Shown here one piece after another: positions 11,914 to 26,518 of a DNA stretch of 64,000 nucleotides. The translations under genes were made by a program, and so were the position numbers. Under the pieces are notes generated by a model. The model was not told where the DNA came from and did no database searches. It saw nothing but the letters and a program-made list of their open reading frames with translations. Origin of the DNA: Octopus bimaculoides (taxonomy: Eukaryota); assembly GCF_001194135.2 (NCBI RefSeq), contig NC_068984.1, positions 28,493,861-28,557,860 on the forward strand, given 5' to 3'. Position 1 is the first letter of the stretch. Every line of letters begins with the position of its first letter.

Positions 11914-12747
11914 ATACATATATACACATACATACATACAAATTCCCTAGTTATACACACACATTAATAAATATACTAATAGGCTTTCACACAATCTCCA
12001 ACTACCAAATTTCACATGTCAGGCTTTGAGTGATTTAGAAAAATGCCTGCTCAATGGACCACATGGATGCCAGCTTCTTAACCACACAATTATATTTATA
12101 TTCAGATAGTCAGTAAAAAATAACATTTGCAAATAAAGGCAGAAAGCTAGTTATCACCGCAAGAAAATTCATATCAAGGAAAAGGACAAAACAATAACTT
12201 TTGCTTACAAACTATCAAATCAAACTTTGGTCAAAAAGATTAATGGCCTTTTTAAAAAAAACATTTTTTTCCAGATGAGCTGAATGAATGTTAGAAAGTT
12301 TTAATAACTAAAGATTGTGGAAGAATAAAAAAAAGAGACTAATTTCCAGAAAATTTGAGCAATGTTCATCAATTATGGACAGGCAGTTTTAAATTTGAAA
12401 AAATTTAAGGTTTATCAAAAAAGCCATGAATAAAGAGTAAATGAATATATGGAAAATCACAAAAGATGGAAATCTAACAAAACTAGAATATTCTAAAAGA
12501 ATTCCCTTGATGCACTTCTCTAACATAGAGTTCTAATTATGATTAATATACTGCATTGGAAACAGATGAAGTCCATATTGAGTGACAATAAATTTTAGCA
12601 TCCAAATAATAAGGGAGTTGTATGCAGAGGTTGACAACCAATAAGACACCATAAACATTCAGAAGGAACAATATAATGGAAATGATGTTAACAAAATATT
12701 TTCTCATTTAGTTGGGAACTTTCACATAAGTCAGAATAATGTGCTTA

Positions 12748-13560
12748 ATCCATTTTACATCTGCTTTCCACACTGGCATGGTTTGGATGAATAGTCACAG
12801 TGCAAGTCAGTCCTTATATGGTGTTACTGATGAGTTGAGAGTACGGACTATGTCTTGGTTATATATTCCATCTTCACAGTTGTAATGACTGGATGCCCTT
12901 CCTAACATCAACTACTGTACTAAGTGCATTTCATTGTGGCACCAGCACTAAAATGGTTGTCTTGTCCTCAGCAAAACTAAAGGGTCCTCTCTATAGTACA
13001 TTGCTCTTTTGCTAAGCACTTTACAAAATGTATTAAATGCAGTGTAGTATGACATAAGCACTAAAGATATTGTCTTGTCCCCAGCAACACTAAAGAATCT
13101 TCTGTATTCAACATTATCTGCATTCATTCAATGCAACATGACTGACAAGATGAGTAAAAGAGAAAGAGGGTGATAAAAGATAAAAAAACCAAGGTGAGTT
13201 AGGGATAGAAGAGTGATTACACTAGGGGGGGGGGTACAAGCAAGAAAGGGGAGTAGAGGAGGTAGTAATAGAAGAGAGACAGTGATAGGAAGCTACATTT
13301 GGTTGTTAGTAAGGAGAATGAAGAGAAAAACAGCATGAGTAGAATGATGGGGAAAGAGAGACAGGGTGATCGAAAAAAGAGTAACAGAAAAGAGAAAGAA
13401 AGTGTAGTGGGAGAGAGATACTTATATATGTCAACAACAAGTGATACAGAAAGTAATGTGTGGGAGTGATGGATAGGAAAAAAAGATGGGTGAAGGTGAG
13501 AGAGAATGATGTATCTCAGTAAGGATAAGTGATTGTAAGAGAGACTGATGGATGTCAATA
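12748..13560 (-). mobile_element. Old composite retroposon (RTE-type tail plus body that is purine-rich on the + strand)
   Basis: Diverged tail (ctgctttccacactggcatgg; ggatgcccttcctaacatc) followed by an internal ~110-bp direct duplication and a GA-rich body. Confidence 0.55.
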
Positions 13561-16500
13561 CAAGTAATAAGGAATTAATGCTTGAAAATAGATTTTCTTT
13601 CTAAGAAGAAAACTCACAAAATCTTTTGCTATATATCTTGCATGATAGTGAAACAGTGAAAATAGAATGAGACAGATAGCATAATATCCACAACTGAATG
13701 AAAAAGTTAGAAAGAATAAATATTAAAGATACATTTGACCAACTTTTAAAGCAGAAATGTTAATAATAAAATAGGAGACATCAAAGCTTTGGTTGTTCAA
13801 CTAATATGCTACTGTTACAATGAACTAAACTGCAATTAAGTGGAGAAAATAGATAGATAAATCAAGAAAGTAAGAGCAGACACCAAGAAAATATTGATTA
13901 TGAACAGAAGAAGGCATGAAACCACTGCAATTAGAAAGTTATTTATAAAATAGCTTCTGTAGGATCAGAAAAATTATCTAATAAAGAATAACAGCAAACC
14001 AATGATAGGAAAACACAACATAATGACAAAAGATATACAATTTATGCATCCTCAGTAGTATAAACAGGAACTGAAGCACCAGATTACTGTAATGAAAATG
14101 AAGATTCTACAATACAAAAGATAAAAATCTTGATAAAAAAAATCTTACGAAAACCTCTTCATAGTCAATATTAGAAGAAAAGACTGTGGAGTGGAAGTAG
14201 ATTAGTATGCCCAAGGCTGGCAGCTAAGACCAATCGGCATGCTAAATTGAAAACACTGATATTTATTTCCTTTCTCTAAGTCTATGAAACCTATATTATT
14301 TATTGAAGAATTCTAGATAAAACAAAACTGTTATTACTTATATCTTTTGAAGAAGATTTCATTCCTATGGACACTTTTACTAAATCTTGTTATTTACCCA
14401 TTTTATTACTTTGAATGTAATAAATATATCTCCAAGTTCACAACTTCCATTTTCATTGACTTGATGGATAAAATAGAAGATATAATTTTGTCACATGTTG
14501 ACAACTAAATGTTTAGCATATTGCACTTGGACACAAAGTAGTTAATAAACTACTTAAGGAAATTTCTAAAATAATAACAAAAAGAACAGCTTATCAGAAA
14601 TGATACTGTATTAATAATTTCAGATAATTTTTTTTCTTTTAATGGTTTAGTCAGAGGAGAAATGGAAATGTCCATTACCTTAGGAGAGCCTCCAAGATTG
14701 GAGATAGATAAAAAAAATACACACACACACACATAAAAAAAAACTGACTTGTTTTGCTATAGTAGGAAGTAGTACATCAAGATATATATTGAGGCGAGAG
14801 TACTTGGTTCAAATGCTTGCTAAAGGTGCCTAAATGCCAGGTTAAACTAGCTTACAGATTAATTTCAAATTAGAGAATAAAACTGTTTTAAAACATTTAT
14901 TTTACGAACTGTAAAATATTAGTCATCACATACATTTTTGATAACAATTCATTTGGGAATAATTTTGAAAACTTAAAGAAATAAAATTTCATTTCTATGT
15001 ATGTTGGGACATATAGTAGAATCCTGCTAGACAAACTACTTCCAGTTTACTTTCTAGATTTTTGTGTTTTAATCTCACATGAGATTATTTTAATTTTAAT
15101 TTCTAGAGAATTAAAATGTTAATCCAGTCAACGATAATTAGAACTTTCTTTAAAATTGGCTCTGAGACTATTTCAAAGAAATCTTTATGATAAATCAATT
15201 AAAAATTTAACTAGCATTTCTAACCAGATAAAAGGTATTACACACACACACACACACACACACATGTGTATGCATGATGATGCAGTGAAACTACGATAAG
15301 ACCACTTGTAGGTAATGTTTTGAAATTGTTCCAAATGTTTTTCTTAATCAGCTTTTTTGCTAAACACTGGAACAGTTGTCTTTGATAATGCTGGTGATAT
15401 GTTACTTCTGGAGTTAGTTTTACTACTTTCCTACACAAAAGTATGATATTTTTTTCTTTCAATTTCAGCAGTCTTCTACAGATAAGTTTTAGCAACAAAA
15501 CCTTTCTCATAAAACCCAGTTTACATTTATTGTCTTGTTATTCCAAGTTGTTATGCTACAGAAATACAAATAAACATCATAAACTGGAGCTACATTCATT
15601 AATGGTTAAGGCAGCATATTTACTGCTTTTGTCTTTCATCTTTAAAAGATGTCTCAAACTTTTCAAATAAGGTAAAAATATAAAACAATGATGAAAAATA
15701 TTATTAACTTTTTGTTTTCTTTCCCCCATTTGCATTAATGTGCAGTGATTGCAATACTCTTGCAACTTAACAGTTTTTAATTAATAGAAACCCTGCCGAC
15801 AACTCTGTTTCTACTTTGTCATTTTCTGTGTGTGTGTGTTCTTAAGTCAGTGATGTGTGGGATGAATGAAATAAAAGAGAAGAGTTAGTGAACCTTGCCA
15901 ATGTTTGGTTAACTGCAGAGGATAAAGAAATTAAAAGTCTCCAACACTTAGCACCATGCAGTGCTTAGTCAGTTGTAAGACGTCATGCTTGCTTCACACC
16001 ATTGCTTGCAGTGACCTCCATTCAACGAACCCACACAGTTACAGGTTGAAAGTTACACAAATAAAATTCTACTGGCAGTTAAAAATCTCTCTCTCTCCAC
16101 CTCCCTTTTCTGTTTCTCATAGAAACAGTGCAAATGCTGTACAGTTACTTCACACATGACTACAAAGCATGGTTTATGATTAAAAAAGAAGAAAAAAAAG
16201 CATCTGTAATGGTTTTATAAACTAAAAACATCATGATCAGTTTTTGACAAGGAAAAGCTCAATTATTCATAGTTTTTTTTTCTTTTTCCGGAAACACTAA
16301 TTCCACTCCCATGTAATAGATATAAGTATAACAGCATATTTCCCTTTAAATAGTGCAATAGTAAATTTTTATTTGGCACCAGTCTACAAACATTCTGTAA
16401 CTAATCACATCTGATTGATCACATGGTGAAAATTAAAAAATAGTCTTTACATCTCACATTTTCCAACCATTCCAATCAATCTTTATTACAAAATCACAAC

Positions 16501-17950
16501 CCCTCTTCTTTCTCATTCTCTATTTTTCTCTCCCTATGTTTGTATTGCATATGCAAACACACACACACACACACAAATTCACAGTATTATACACATTGTT
16601 TATATTGAGAAACTGTAATTGGGAAATCCCAGCAGGGGTTAGGCTTTTCAAGTGATGGGTAGCCAAGAGTGGTAGCTTAACACCAACAGTGTTTATGCAA
16701 TAAAGAAATGCTCAGTTGAGTTTTTACAATCAGCTTATTGAAGTCTAACATCCTGGTGGCAGAATTAGCATTTTTATGACTGACTGCTATCACTGTGAAC
16801 TGCGTATAGGAGCTGAAACGGGTCATTGAAAAATAGAATGTGGTTCTAAAAGGGGAGGAAATTATTTGCACCCATCAATGCATTAACAACTTTTTTATTG
16901 TAGAGCAAACATAATATTTCAGTTTGCTTTGCTTTATCCAGTTTGAGCAAAGGACAAAAAGAAAGATGGTCGGGGGTGGGGGATTAAATATTGGCAGTGT
17001 TCAGTATAAAAGAATCAGGAAGTAGGAGTGGTTCTGGAAATATTAACAGCTGTAGACAGTTAATTTATAGTTTCATATGAGAATTTCTGGGAATTAATTT
17101 CTAGCATATATTGGATAACATACAAATACTTCCTTAATAGAAAAGTTTTATTTTGTATACATCGATGTCGTGCCTGTGTGTGTGCGTGTGTGTGTACAAT
17201 TTCAGAGATATATTTGTATGTATACAAGTCATTGTAATTACACAGAGATGTATCTATGTATCTAAGCATTTATATGTAAGCCACACTCTCAATGTATGTC
17301 TGTACAAACACATGCACACTCATATGTGAATGCATTTTTAGTTATGCATGAAAGTCAGGATATATGTATAACTTTATGAAACTACTTTTATACACACACA
17401 CACATTTTGTAATGTAAGAATTGTAGGGTAAATTAAAAGTAGTGCAAACATTACATGGGATAGAACGCAATACATTAGGGAAGAGCAGATAGATGTATTA
17501 TATCAACACTTGACAGTTTATTCATCCTGGGACGACACTGAGTAGACTGTCAACTTTTGATATAATAAACATATGCACACACATCCAACGGTCATAGTAA
17601 TGTTTCCATATGCAATATAGTTTCAAAAGCCATACATAATAGAAGAAATTTCAAACTTCATTAATTTATTGAGGAAGTATAGAAACATTTGATAGTCCCC
17701 TCCTCCCTTAATTAAATGAAATAAATACAACTGCCTTTTGATTAGCACAACCAATTTAAGTGATCCCTATATTTGTTTGATTGGAAATATCCATGGAGCT
17801 ACAGGCTCCAGATAGAGAAATAATCCTTGCATAAAGGCCCAACATAGCATTCTGCAATAATATTAAATGAAGATTTTGGGTAACTTCATTAAAAATAAAA
17901 ACGTTTTATAATTAGGCTAAAATAAATGAAATGTCATACTCTTAGATTAT

Positions 17951-18195
17951 AGGTAAAGGCATGTGGCTTAGAGGTTAGGGCATTCAACTCACTATTGTAA
18001 GGTCGTGAGTTCAATTTCCAGCGATGTGTTGTGTCCTGGATCAAGACACTTTATTTCAAATTGCTCCAGTCCACTCAGCTGGCAAAAAAGAGTTGTACCT
18101 GTATTTCAAAGGGCCAGCCACGTCACACTCTGTGTCACGCTGAATCTCCCTGAGAACTACGTTAATTGTACACATGTCTGTGGATTAGTGCTCCT
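17951..18195 (+). mobile_element. tRNA-derived CORE-like SINE (another family)
   Basis: A-box-like tggcttagaggttagg, B-box-like gagttcaatt, and a core gtgttgtgtcctggatcaagacactttatttc. Confidence 0.8.
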
Positions 18196-18890
18196 TTAGC
18201 AATATAAAAAACTTTTTAAAGCATCATTGCTTTTGTTCTGTAATGCTACACACAATTTTCCAGAAAATACATAGGTAGATTTTTGTTGAAGTAAATTTTT
18301 TTTACAGGTAGATGCATTTCCAGCTATTAACTAGTAGAAATGAAACATTTGATAACAAGAAACATAGAAAGGGATAAAAGTGCAACACAATGGTTGTAGT
18401 TGTAATTTTTTAAACTCATTTCTATGTAGATAGCAGTCCAATAAATTATTTTTACAGCCATTTAAAAAAAAAAATTTAACTTAAAGCAAAGAGACATTTA
18501 GGATATCAGAAGCATAAATTGGTAATTGTTTGAAGCATGAATAAAATGAAATAAAAGAGAAACAAGCCTGAGACAATCAGATACGGAAAACAATAATTCT
18601 GATTTGTCAGTTCAGAAGAGTATAAATATTAACAATGAAGTGAAATCATGCCTTTCTTTAATGGGAAGATTGGTGAAAAATCCAGAAAAGTACAACACCA
18701 CAGAAATAAAAATAAATAAGATCCATATATACAAAAAAACAGCACATCACTGACAATAAAATTCATATCTATACACACACACATATGTGTGTGTGTGTAT
18801 CTATCTATCTATATATATATGGGAGAATATACAAATAATAACAACAGACGAGGACAGGTGGTGTAAATAACAAAAGGATATATTAGTGTG

Positions 18891-18922
<32 letters not shown>

Positions 18923-19094
18923 AACATACATATACCACTGCTATGTTTTAAATTGGCATTAAGATTGTAAGGGATGTAAACTGAGAATGTATAAAACAAA
19001 TATTCATTACTCAAACATAAATACATGTGCTCAAAGAAACAAGTGATATGAGAATTCATAACACACACACATTCATTTTTGCACATCTAAATAA

Positions 19095-19125
<31 letters not shown>

Positions 19126-19596
19126 ACAAACATAAAATCACTTATACACACTGATTCATACTGAATTTAGGAATGTGTAATATATTCTGAAATATTTAGT
19201 GTCTATTAATATTTTCCCATAAATTTCTCAATAAACACTAAAAAATTTGAAAACTCAAAGTCAAATACTGTGTGAGCGAGACTTAATGAGTAGATGTGTG
19301 AAAGTGAAAGACAGAAATGTAGAAGTGGAAATAAAGATAATTATATGGAAAGAAGTACTTTCTTATGCTGGTAATATGACAAAAAGTTAAAAATCATCAT
19401 CCTTATAGTTTTAACATTTTCTTTTTTCTGGATTGAATGGATCTGCTTCAAATTATTGTATAAAATGGAAAATGCTGTGTTGCATGATATCCTAAAATGG
19501 GAACTTGCTCAAACACATTTACATGACAAGCACACACAAGGAATGGTCCTTCAATTTACTAGAAATAGCAGACGCATTGTTGCTTTAAAATAGATG

Positions 19597-20614
19597 TCAT
19601 CATCATCGTTTAACGTCCGCTTTCCATGCTAGCATGGGTTGGACAATTTGACTGAGGACTGGTGCAACCGGATGGCTACACCAGGCTCCGATCTAATTTG
19701 GCAGAGTTTCTACAGCTGGATGCCCTTCCTAATGCCAACCACTCAGAGAGTGTAGTGGGTGCTTTTACATGTCACCCGCACGAAAACGGCCACGCTCGAA
19801 ATGGTGTCTTTTATGTGCCACCCGCACAAGAGCCAGTCCAGGGGCACTAGCAACGATCTCGCTCGAAAACCCTACAAGGCCAGTCGGGCGGTACTGGCAA
19901 CGGTCATGCTCAGGANNNNNNNNNNNNNNNNNNNNNNNNNNNNNNNNNNNNNNNNNNNNNNNNNNNNNNNNNNNNNNNNNNNNNNNNNNNNNNNNNNNNN
20001 NNNNNNNNNNNNNNNNNNNNNNNNNNNNNNNNNNNNNNNNNNNNNNNNNNNNNNNNNNNNNNNNNNNNNNNNNNNNNNNNNNNNNNNNNNNNNNNNNNNN
20101 NNNNNNNNNNNNNNNNNNNNNNNNNNNNNNNNNNNNNNNNNNNNNNNNNNNNNNNNNNNNNNNNNNNNNNNNNNNNNNNNNNNNNNNNNNNNNNNNNNNN
20201 NNNNNNNNNNNNNNNNNNNNNNNNNNNNNNNNNNNNNNNNNNNNNNNNNNGCCTTTTACCCTGAGTGAGAGTCCCTTTGTCGCCAGCAGAGGTAAGAGCT
20301 CTCTAAATTTGGCCCAGGCTATTCTTATTCTAGCAGTTACACTTTCAGCGCACCCACCCCCACTACTAACTTGGTCTCCCAGATAGCGGAAGCTATCAAC
20401 AACCTCTAGTTTTTCTCCCTGGAGTGAGATAGAAGTTGTTTCCTGTTTGTTTACAGTGTTTATTTCACCTGAACATCTGCCACATACAAAAACTAATTTT
20501 GTAGTTAATCTGCTTTTGATATTGCTGCACCTCTTATGTGTCCATAGCTTGCACCGGGTACATCTTATAGAGTTACTACCTACTCCTTTACTGCATACTG
20601 AGCAGGGCCATCTA
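19597..20614 (-). mobile_element. 5'-truncated RTE-clade LINE (copy 2) with PHD finger and RT C-terminal part
   Basis: Translation WPCSVCSKGVGSNSIRCTRCKLWTHKRC...VCGRC...FRYLGDQVSSGGGCAESVTARIRIAWAKFRELLPLLATKGLSLRVKG; N-gap at 19916-20250; same 3' UTR and (GAT)n tail. Confidence 0.9.
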
Positions 20615-21740
20615 GAGTAATATAGTCCTAGATATCTGAAAGTAAAATGGGAGAGTCGTTACAGATTAAGCCAACTTATGATCAAATACAGGAATGCATT
20701 TGGTCAAAATTTAGTATGATCTATAATGACCTGAAAGCTAAAGGAGATCATGAATATTTACATGTTGTAGATGCTAACTGCCCATATTGTATATCCATTA
20801 ACAATTGACTAGTCAGTAAATATAAAACCAGCTCTGCTTTTTATAGATGCATGTCAATTTCAGCATGTGATACTCAGCTCTCAGACAATGTATCTGGGAA
20901 GAATTGAAATTTCCCTCTTGTAATCTGTAGTCAATACAAATCTGGCTGCCTTTCAGTTTGTTCTTATTCATATATCTGTTTATATATCTGGTTGACTTTC
21001 TTTCAGTTCAGTATTGAAAGTGTTAGTGCTCTCAATTAAGGATGCAAGATATAGATATAAAAGTTGTGCTGTTATACATATAAGCAGGATAGCCATAATG
21101 TCTTGACAGAGAACAACACTTTTCAACAAGCTTTACCATTCTCCATACTTGTAACATGCTGAGAAAAATTGCTCACATTACAACTGCATATCACTGTGTG
21201 TACTAGAGAAGCAGCATATCCAGCAGAAAAAAGCTCCAGCATAGACTATTATTATTATTAGTAGTAGTAGTAGTGGCAGTAGAACTGTTAGTGAGTATGT
21301 GTGAGTGCAACACCTTGATTCAGTTACTAGTTTGTTTGTGGTAATCAAGTCTTGTTTCAGTGCTACAATCATCATAAATTGTGATGTGAACAATAAAGAT
21401 AATTATTATATCTTTTTGACTTGCTTATTTAGGAAAATAGTAAAATTTCAAAAATACTGTGTAGACATCAGTTTTATGAAAGATATTCCTGTTTTTGTAA
21501 ACACCTGACTTTGTTTCTTTACAGAGATTTATGAAATTTATAAAACATCTAGATATGTTAATGGGGAAAATATCATCAACTTCTTTGAAGTCAATTAGAA
21601 ATACTAAATTTGACAAGAAATCCCTTCTTTCAAGCAGATAAAAGTTAATTTTCTTTCAAATACAAGTTTGCCTAAAGATATGGAACTTTGATATGCTTAT
21701 CAAAGAAGTGTCAGCCTGTTTTAGTTATTTGTGAGGAGAC

Positions 21741-21952
21741 TTAACCCTTTAGCATTCAGATTACTATGTCTTTTGCAATGCTTATTTATTCACATTGTTT
21801 TAAATTAATCATGCATTATCTTGTGGCTTTGTGATTTCATTGATGTGATAGTTTATTTTTATAATGACATTCTAGGGTAAGCACGAGAGGCCAAATATGA
21901 CCAGTTTGAATATTTTGGCCAGATATAGCCAGTTTAAATGATCATAGGTTAA
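21741..21952. mobile_element. piggyBac-type MITE bounded by TTAA
   Basis: Left end TTAAccctttagcatt; right end aatgatcatagg-TTAA (imperfect inverted repeat with 4 mismatches); about 210 bp; non-coding. Confidence 0.7.
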
Positions 21953-24729
21953 TTTATAAATAAACATACTTAATTCTACCAGGAAGTCATTGGGATTCAG
22001 AAGAAAGAATAATCAACAACTGGGATATTACAATTTTGTCTCATATTATAGTGGGCAAGAAAATGATATCACTTTGGATAGAAAGTGGTTGAAATTAATT
22101 ATTGCTTGTATCACACAAGCTATAAATGAATAAATATTGTATGTGTAAACATATTTAGCTGTTTCTGTCAAGATTTGTTGGGTTACAAATCATACATTAA
22201 AAAAATTCTCTAGCCAGCAATATATGTATTGAAAACAGCTGTTGAGTCTAAAGTTAATTATAAGTTATATGACAGAGAATATCGCATAATCAATTCTGTA
22301 TAAGTAAACTAATGTAGGTTTACTGTAAGGATGTTTAAATTGATAAATATCAAGAATATTGCTTTCAGCCCCCTCATTTAATATGCTTTCTATCCTATTT
22401 ATATCTATGATACAAGATTTATATAAAATTTTTCTCTGGTTATATTTATGTGGGTTTTTTTAATATTTATTTTCATGATTGTATAAATAGAGGCTTGGCA
22501 GAATTGTAAGTCTTGAATAAAATTTTATTCTGGCCTCTTGCATTCCGAGTTCAAGACCTGTTGAGGTCAACTATACCTTGAATCCTTCTGCATTCAAAAA
22601 AGTAAAGTAAGAATGTGTTTTGAAGTTAATTTAATCAACTTATACTTATATCTTCCAGACTTCTTAATGCAAGTGCAAAGAACAGCAAAAAGATATCAAA
22701 AGTAATCTAGATGGTAATCCAATATAAATATAGATTGAAGATGGAGTTCTGAGGTCTCATTTATTGTTCTTTTTTCTCTTTCTTCTACTATGATTGCTTT
22801 TCTTTTCCTTTCGTGTCTTACTTTTTCTCATTTCCTGGCCTTTGTGTTGTAAGCCTTTACTTTCTTCCTGTGCCTTTCCTTCTTTTTTCTTTTATATACT
22901 AACTATTTTTCTCACTCCACCAATGCTTCTCTTTTTCTTTCCTTTTGAAGAAGGATTAATACTCAAAACATTAAAACACTCTCTTTCTTCATAAAATAAT
23001 ACCATATTTGTCAAACATTGTTCTTCCTGTGTTATCCTTTTCTATATATATTTTCAGAAAGCAAGATATTACAGCTGAAAATCCAGGGCAAATTTTCTTA
23101 GTGCTGCTATCATTTTGAGAAAAGATGAGAGTATAAACCTCCGAAACCACAGCATTCCTGAGAGAAGCAGTGATCTTGGGTATTGTTAGTTTTTTAAAGA
23201 AGTGTCTGATGAAGAGTATATTTATGCTCACATAATTATTAACTTGTTCCATTATAGTTATTCTTAACCACCTTAAATAGGAAGTTTTGCATCTTCCTGA
23301 CCTATATTCCAGCTCATTTTTATTGTAAATGGTATAGAAGTTTTACACTCTCAGAAAATAAATAGTTATTTGCATTAGTTCACAATATCCATTATATGTG
23401 ATTAAAGAACAATATCAAAGTTTCATCGAAATCACTCTGGATCAGACACGCTATCTCTAAGTTGTTTCATTATCACATTATCATTAGCTGCAAATACAAT
23501 ATTCGGTTATATACTTATAAGTACTAGAAGTGTTTTCCAAGTCTTTGTGAGTTTCTAAATGGCAACAATTATGGTAAATGTAGATACTTCAGCAGCCATG
23601 CATGCATGTATGTAATCATCATCTCCATTTAACATCCCATCTTCCATACTGACATGGCTAGATGGTTCAACAGGGACCAGTAAGCCAGAGGGCTGTGTGA
23701 ACTCCAATGTCTGCTTTGGCATAATTTCTACAGCTAGATGACCTTCCTAATGCTAATTACTTTACAAATGATAATAATAAATACACACACATATATATAG
23801 GAATGCAGATAATGTGAAGTATGAATTGCTGTGGGATGACTAAATAACCTTAAATTTAAGAATAATTTGTATAAGAACTATCGAAAACACTTTCTTTTGT
23901 TTATTCAGTTAAATATATCAATGTTTTATGTTCACTTTTCCATGCTGGCATGGGTTAGAAAGTTTTGAGGCAGCGTGTCACACTTTAATCTTGGAAGCAT
24001 CAGCCTTACAGATTTATAAACATTCCTGATGCCAACCCGTTTTGTTGCTTTTTATAACATAAAGGGATATGGTGTAACAATTCAAAAATATACAGTATAC
24101 TCTCTCTTTCACACACACGCATTTGTCCATGCCATGAGATTATATTAACAATGCATATACATATCTATCTACCTTTCCATTTATATATAATATAGGGATA
24201 CACACAAGTATATATTCTTTGTTGTTGACTGCAAAAGCATTAATGTTTCTTTATAAAAACAGCATGGGCTTTTAAAGAGAATGAATAGCTACTTGTGAAA
24301 CAATTAAAGAAACCTTTCAAAAGAAAAAAAAATAAACACTCAAACATGAATAATCCTCCAAATTAATGCAAAACTTCTTTATATTAAATGGAAATGAATT
24401 GTGGTATAACTTTAAATATAAGCTTCTAGCAGTTTGATATCAACATAATATATGAAAAGAAACTCACACACAGATATAGGACACTTCTGTTTGAATGGAA
24501 GCCATTCAAATAGTGATAGAAACTTGTATCATCAATAAAACATACTGAAATGTAGCACCAGGTTTCTATAATGCCACAGGCAACAGAACAGAAACTATTT
24601 AACCAATTCAAAATGTATATTGTGTTAACTATGTGATGAAACGCTGCATCAGAAAAGAAATATAGGGTGGAAAATTACTCTGTTAAATATCACTTGAATT
24701 CAGAGACAATGATTCCAACAAGTTTATTA

Positions 24730-24930
24730 GATTGTTGCTGTTTAGCCCCAGGTCATCCCTAGGCAAACAGACTATGATCAAGATCATTCCAGCGATGAAT
24801 ATTTTTCTTTTTCTATATTTATAACCTATAGTGTTTAGTGTGTCCTCCTTTTACTAAGCAGTAGACTGTGATTTGATGGAGATTTGGCTGCTATTTCTAG
24901 AAAGTTTAGAGAGCATGCAGGTTTCTTTGT
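24730..24930 (+). repeat. Unclassified dispersed repeat
   Basis: Motifs gtttagccccaggtca and gatttggctgctatttctag; diverged reverse copies near 39050-39240 and 51190-51380. Confidence 0.5.
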
Positions 24931-26285
24931 CAGTTTATTGGCATTCAATTATTGTTAAATATCATAAGGATTATCTTAATTGATTTCAATTAAATATTAA
25001 CCTTCACAAGTTTTATGAGCTACAGTTAGTTCAATCATTTTACATAACACATTAACTATTGTTATTAATTATTATTGAGTTACCTTTGATTCACAATGTT
25101 AAACTCATGAATGGGAAACTTGATATCTCCTGGATTAGATATTAAGTGCATCACAAATTAAATTTCTTCAGCCAGTTTGCTATCTATTACCTATTTTGTT
25201 AAAAATATTAATAAACACAAGCAGTTTCAATTAAATGCAAATGAAGTGTTAACAATAGAATATAGAATTATAAATGAATTTGTTCAGTTATTGACATGAT
25301 ATAAACTATGACAGTCCAAATCATGTTGGGTTTGTGTTATGAGGAATTGGAACTTGTCAAAACTTTCGTGATGCACTCGCCATCATTGTTTTATGTTTTT
25401 TCTGTGCTGGTGTGGATTGTGCAGGTTTTCTGGTTGATACCCTTCCTTTACTAACCCTTATAATCACTTTTTACGACATGCAGGGTCTTGGAGTACATAT
25501 GCTATATGCTTTCATAATATTCTCCTTGTTCATTTGTTTAGCATCTATGTTTCCGTACTAACATGGAGTAGATAAATACATATTGCAAAGACATTGTTTT
25601 ACAGCCAGACCCCCTTCTTATCATCAGAAGAAACTTTAGCCCATTCTGCAAATGATGTATGCTGCCCATATTTGGAATGGTTCTGCTGAAATACACACTG
25701 GCATCTTGGACTGTACCTTGAGAAGAGCTACTTTACTGATTAGCATGCCATCACTAACAGAGACACTCCATCTTCTTGCTCACATGTGTGCTGTCTCCTC
25801 TTTCTGTCATTAATATAATGGTATCTGCTCCTTGGAATTGGCTAGTCTTGTACCTTTACCGCTCAAACATCTCTGACCTAATTGTTTTTCCATCTTTTAT
25901 CACCTTTGTTGCATTTAACCTCCCCTTTTAGAAGCTTGCTTGTTGGCTCATAATTGTCTGATGTTAAAAGAATAATGAGAAGAGAAGAATCAGAAACTGG
26001 GAAAATAAATTTCATAGTAGGGCAACCAAAACTGATGATATCCGTGCAGAACTGATGTGGGACCAAGTTGGTGCATTCTATCCTGAACAAATCCCCAACA
26101 AATGTTCACTAATCCAAATAGGATATAGTGTACTCTATCAGTTGACATCCAATAGTTATATGCCTATCCACTAGAATGACTATTTTGTGTAATATATTTC
26201 TTTTCATAGTAACTCAGATGTTGTGGTTGTTTCTATAAAAGCTCAATGTTGCAACTGAGTTGAAACGACAGAACAGCTTCAACTC

Positions 26286-26518
26286 GAGGCAGCGAGCTAG
26301 CAGAAACGTTAGCATGCCTGGCGAAATGCTTAGCAGTATTTCATCTGCCGCTACGTTCTGAGTTCAAATTCTACCGAGGTCGACTTTGCCTTTCATCCTT
26401 TCAGGGTCGATAAATTAAGTACCAGTTACACAGTGGGGTCGATGTAATCGACTTAATCCCTTTGTCTGTCCTTGTTTGTCCCCTCTATGTTTAGCCCCTT
26501 GTGGGCAATAAAGAAATA
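26286..26518 (+). mobile_element. Young Nin-domain-like SINE with a 16-bp TSD
   Basis: Almost the same as 44556-44787; TSD agaacagcttcaactc (26270-26285) / agaacagcttcaattc (26519-26534). Confidence 0.9.

Noticed and set aside
16090-16250. Strong plus-strand acceptor at 16120-16121 (also at 21524 and 2851)
   Set aside because: No convincing donor or recognisable peptide; such tracts are frequent in this composition.
22750-23250. Lys-rich minus-strand reading with a faint pogo/Tigger-like echo
   Set aside because: The similarity is too weak to call without a profile search.
25560-26090. Possible decayed LINE endonuclease fragment (minus strand)
   Set aside because: Only vague motif echoes; no continuous frame.
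26203-26232. Phase-1 acceptor (ttttatAG, minus strand) giving MVLY-ETTTTSELL*
   Set aside because: Weak pyrimidine tract, stop after 9 codons and no supporting signals; the 395-556 exon fits much better.
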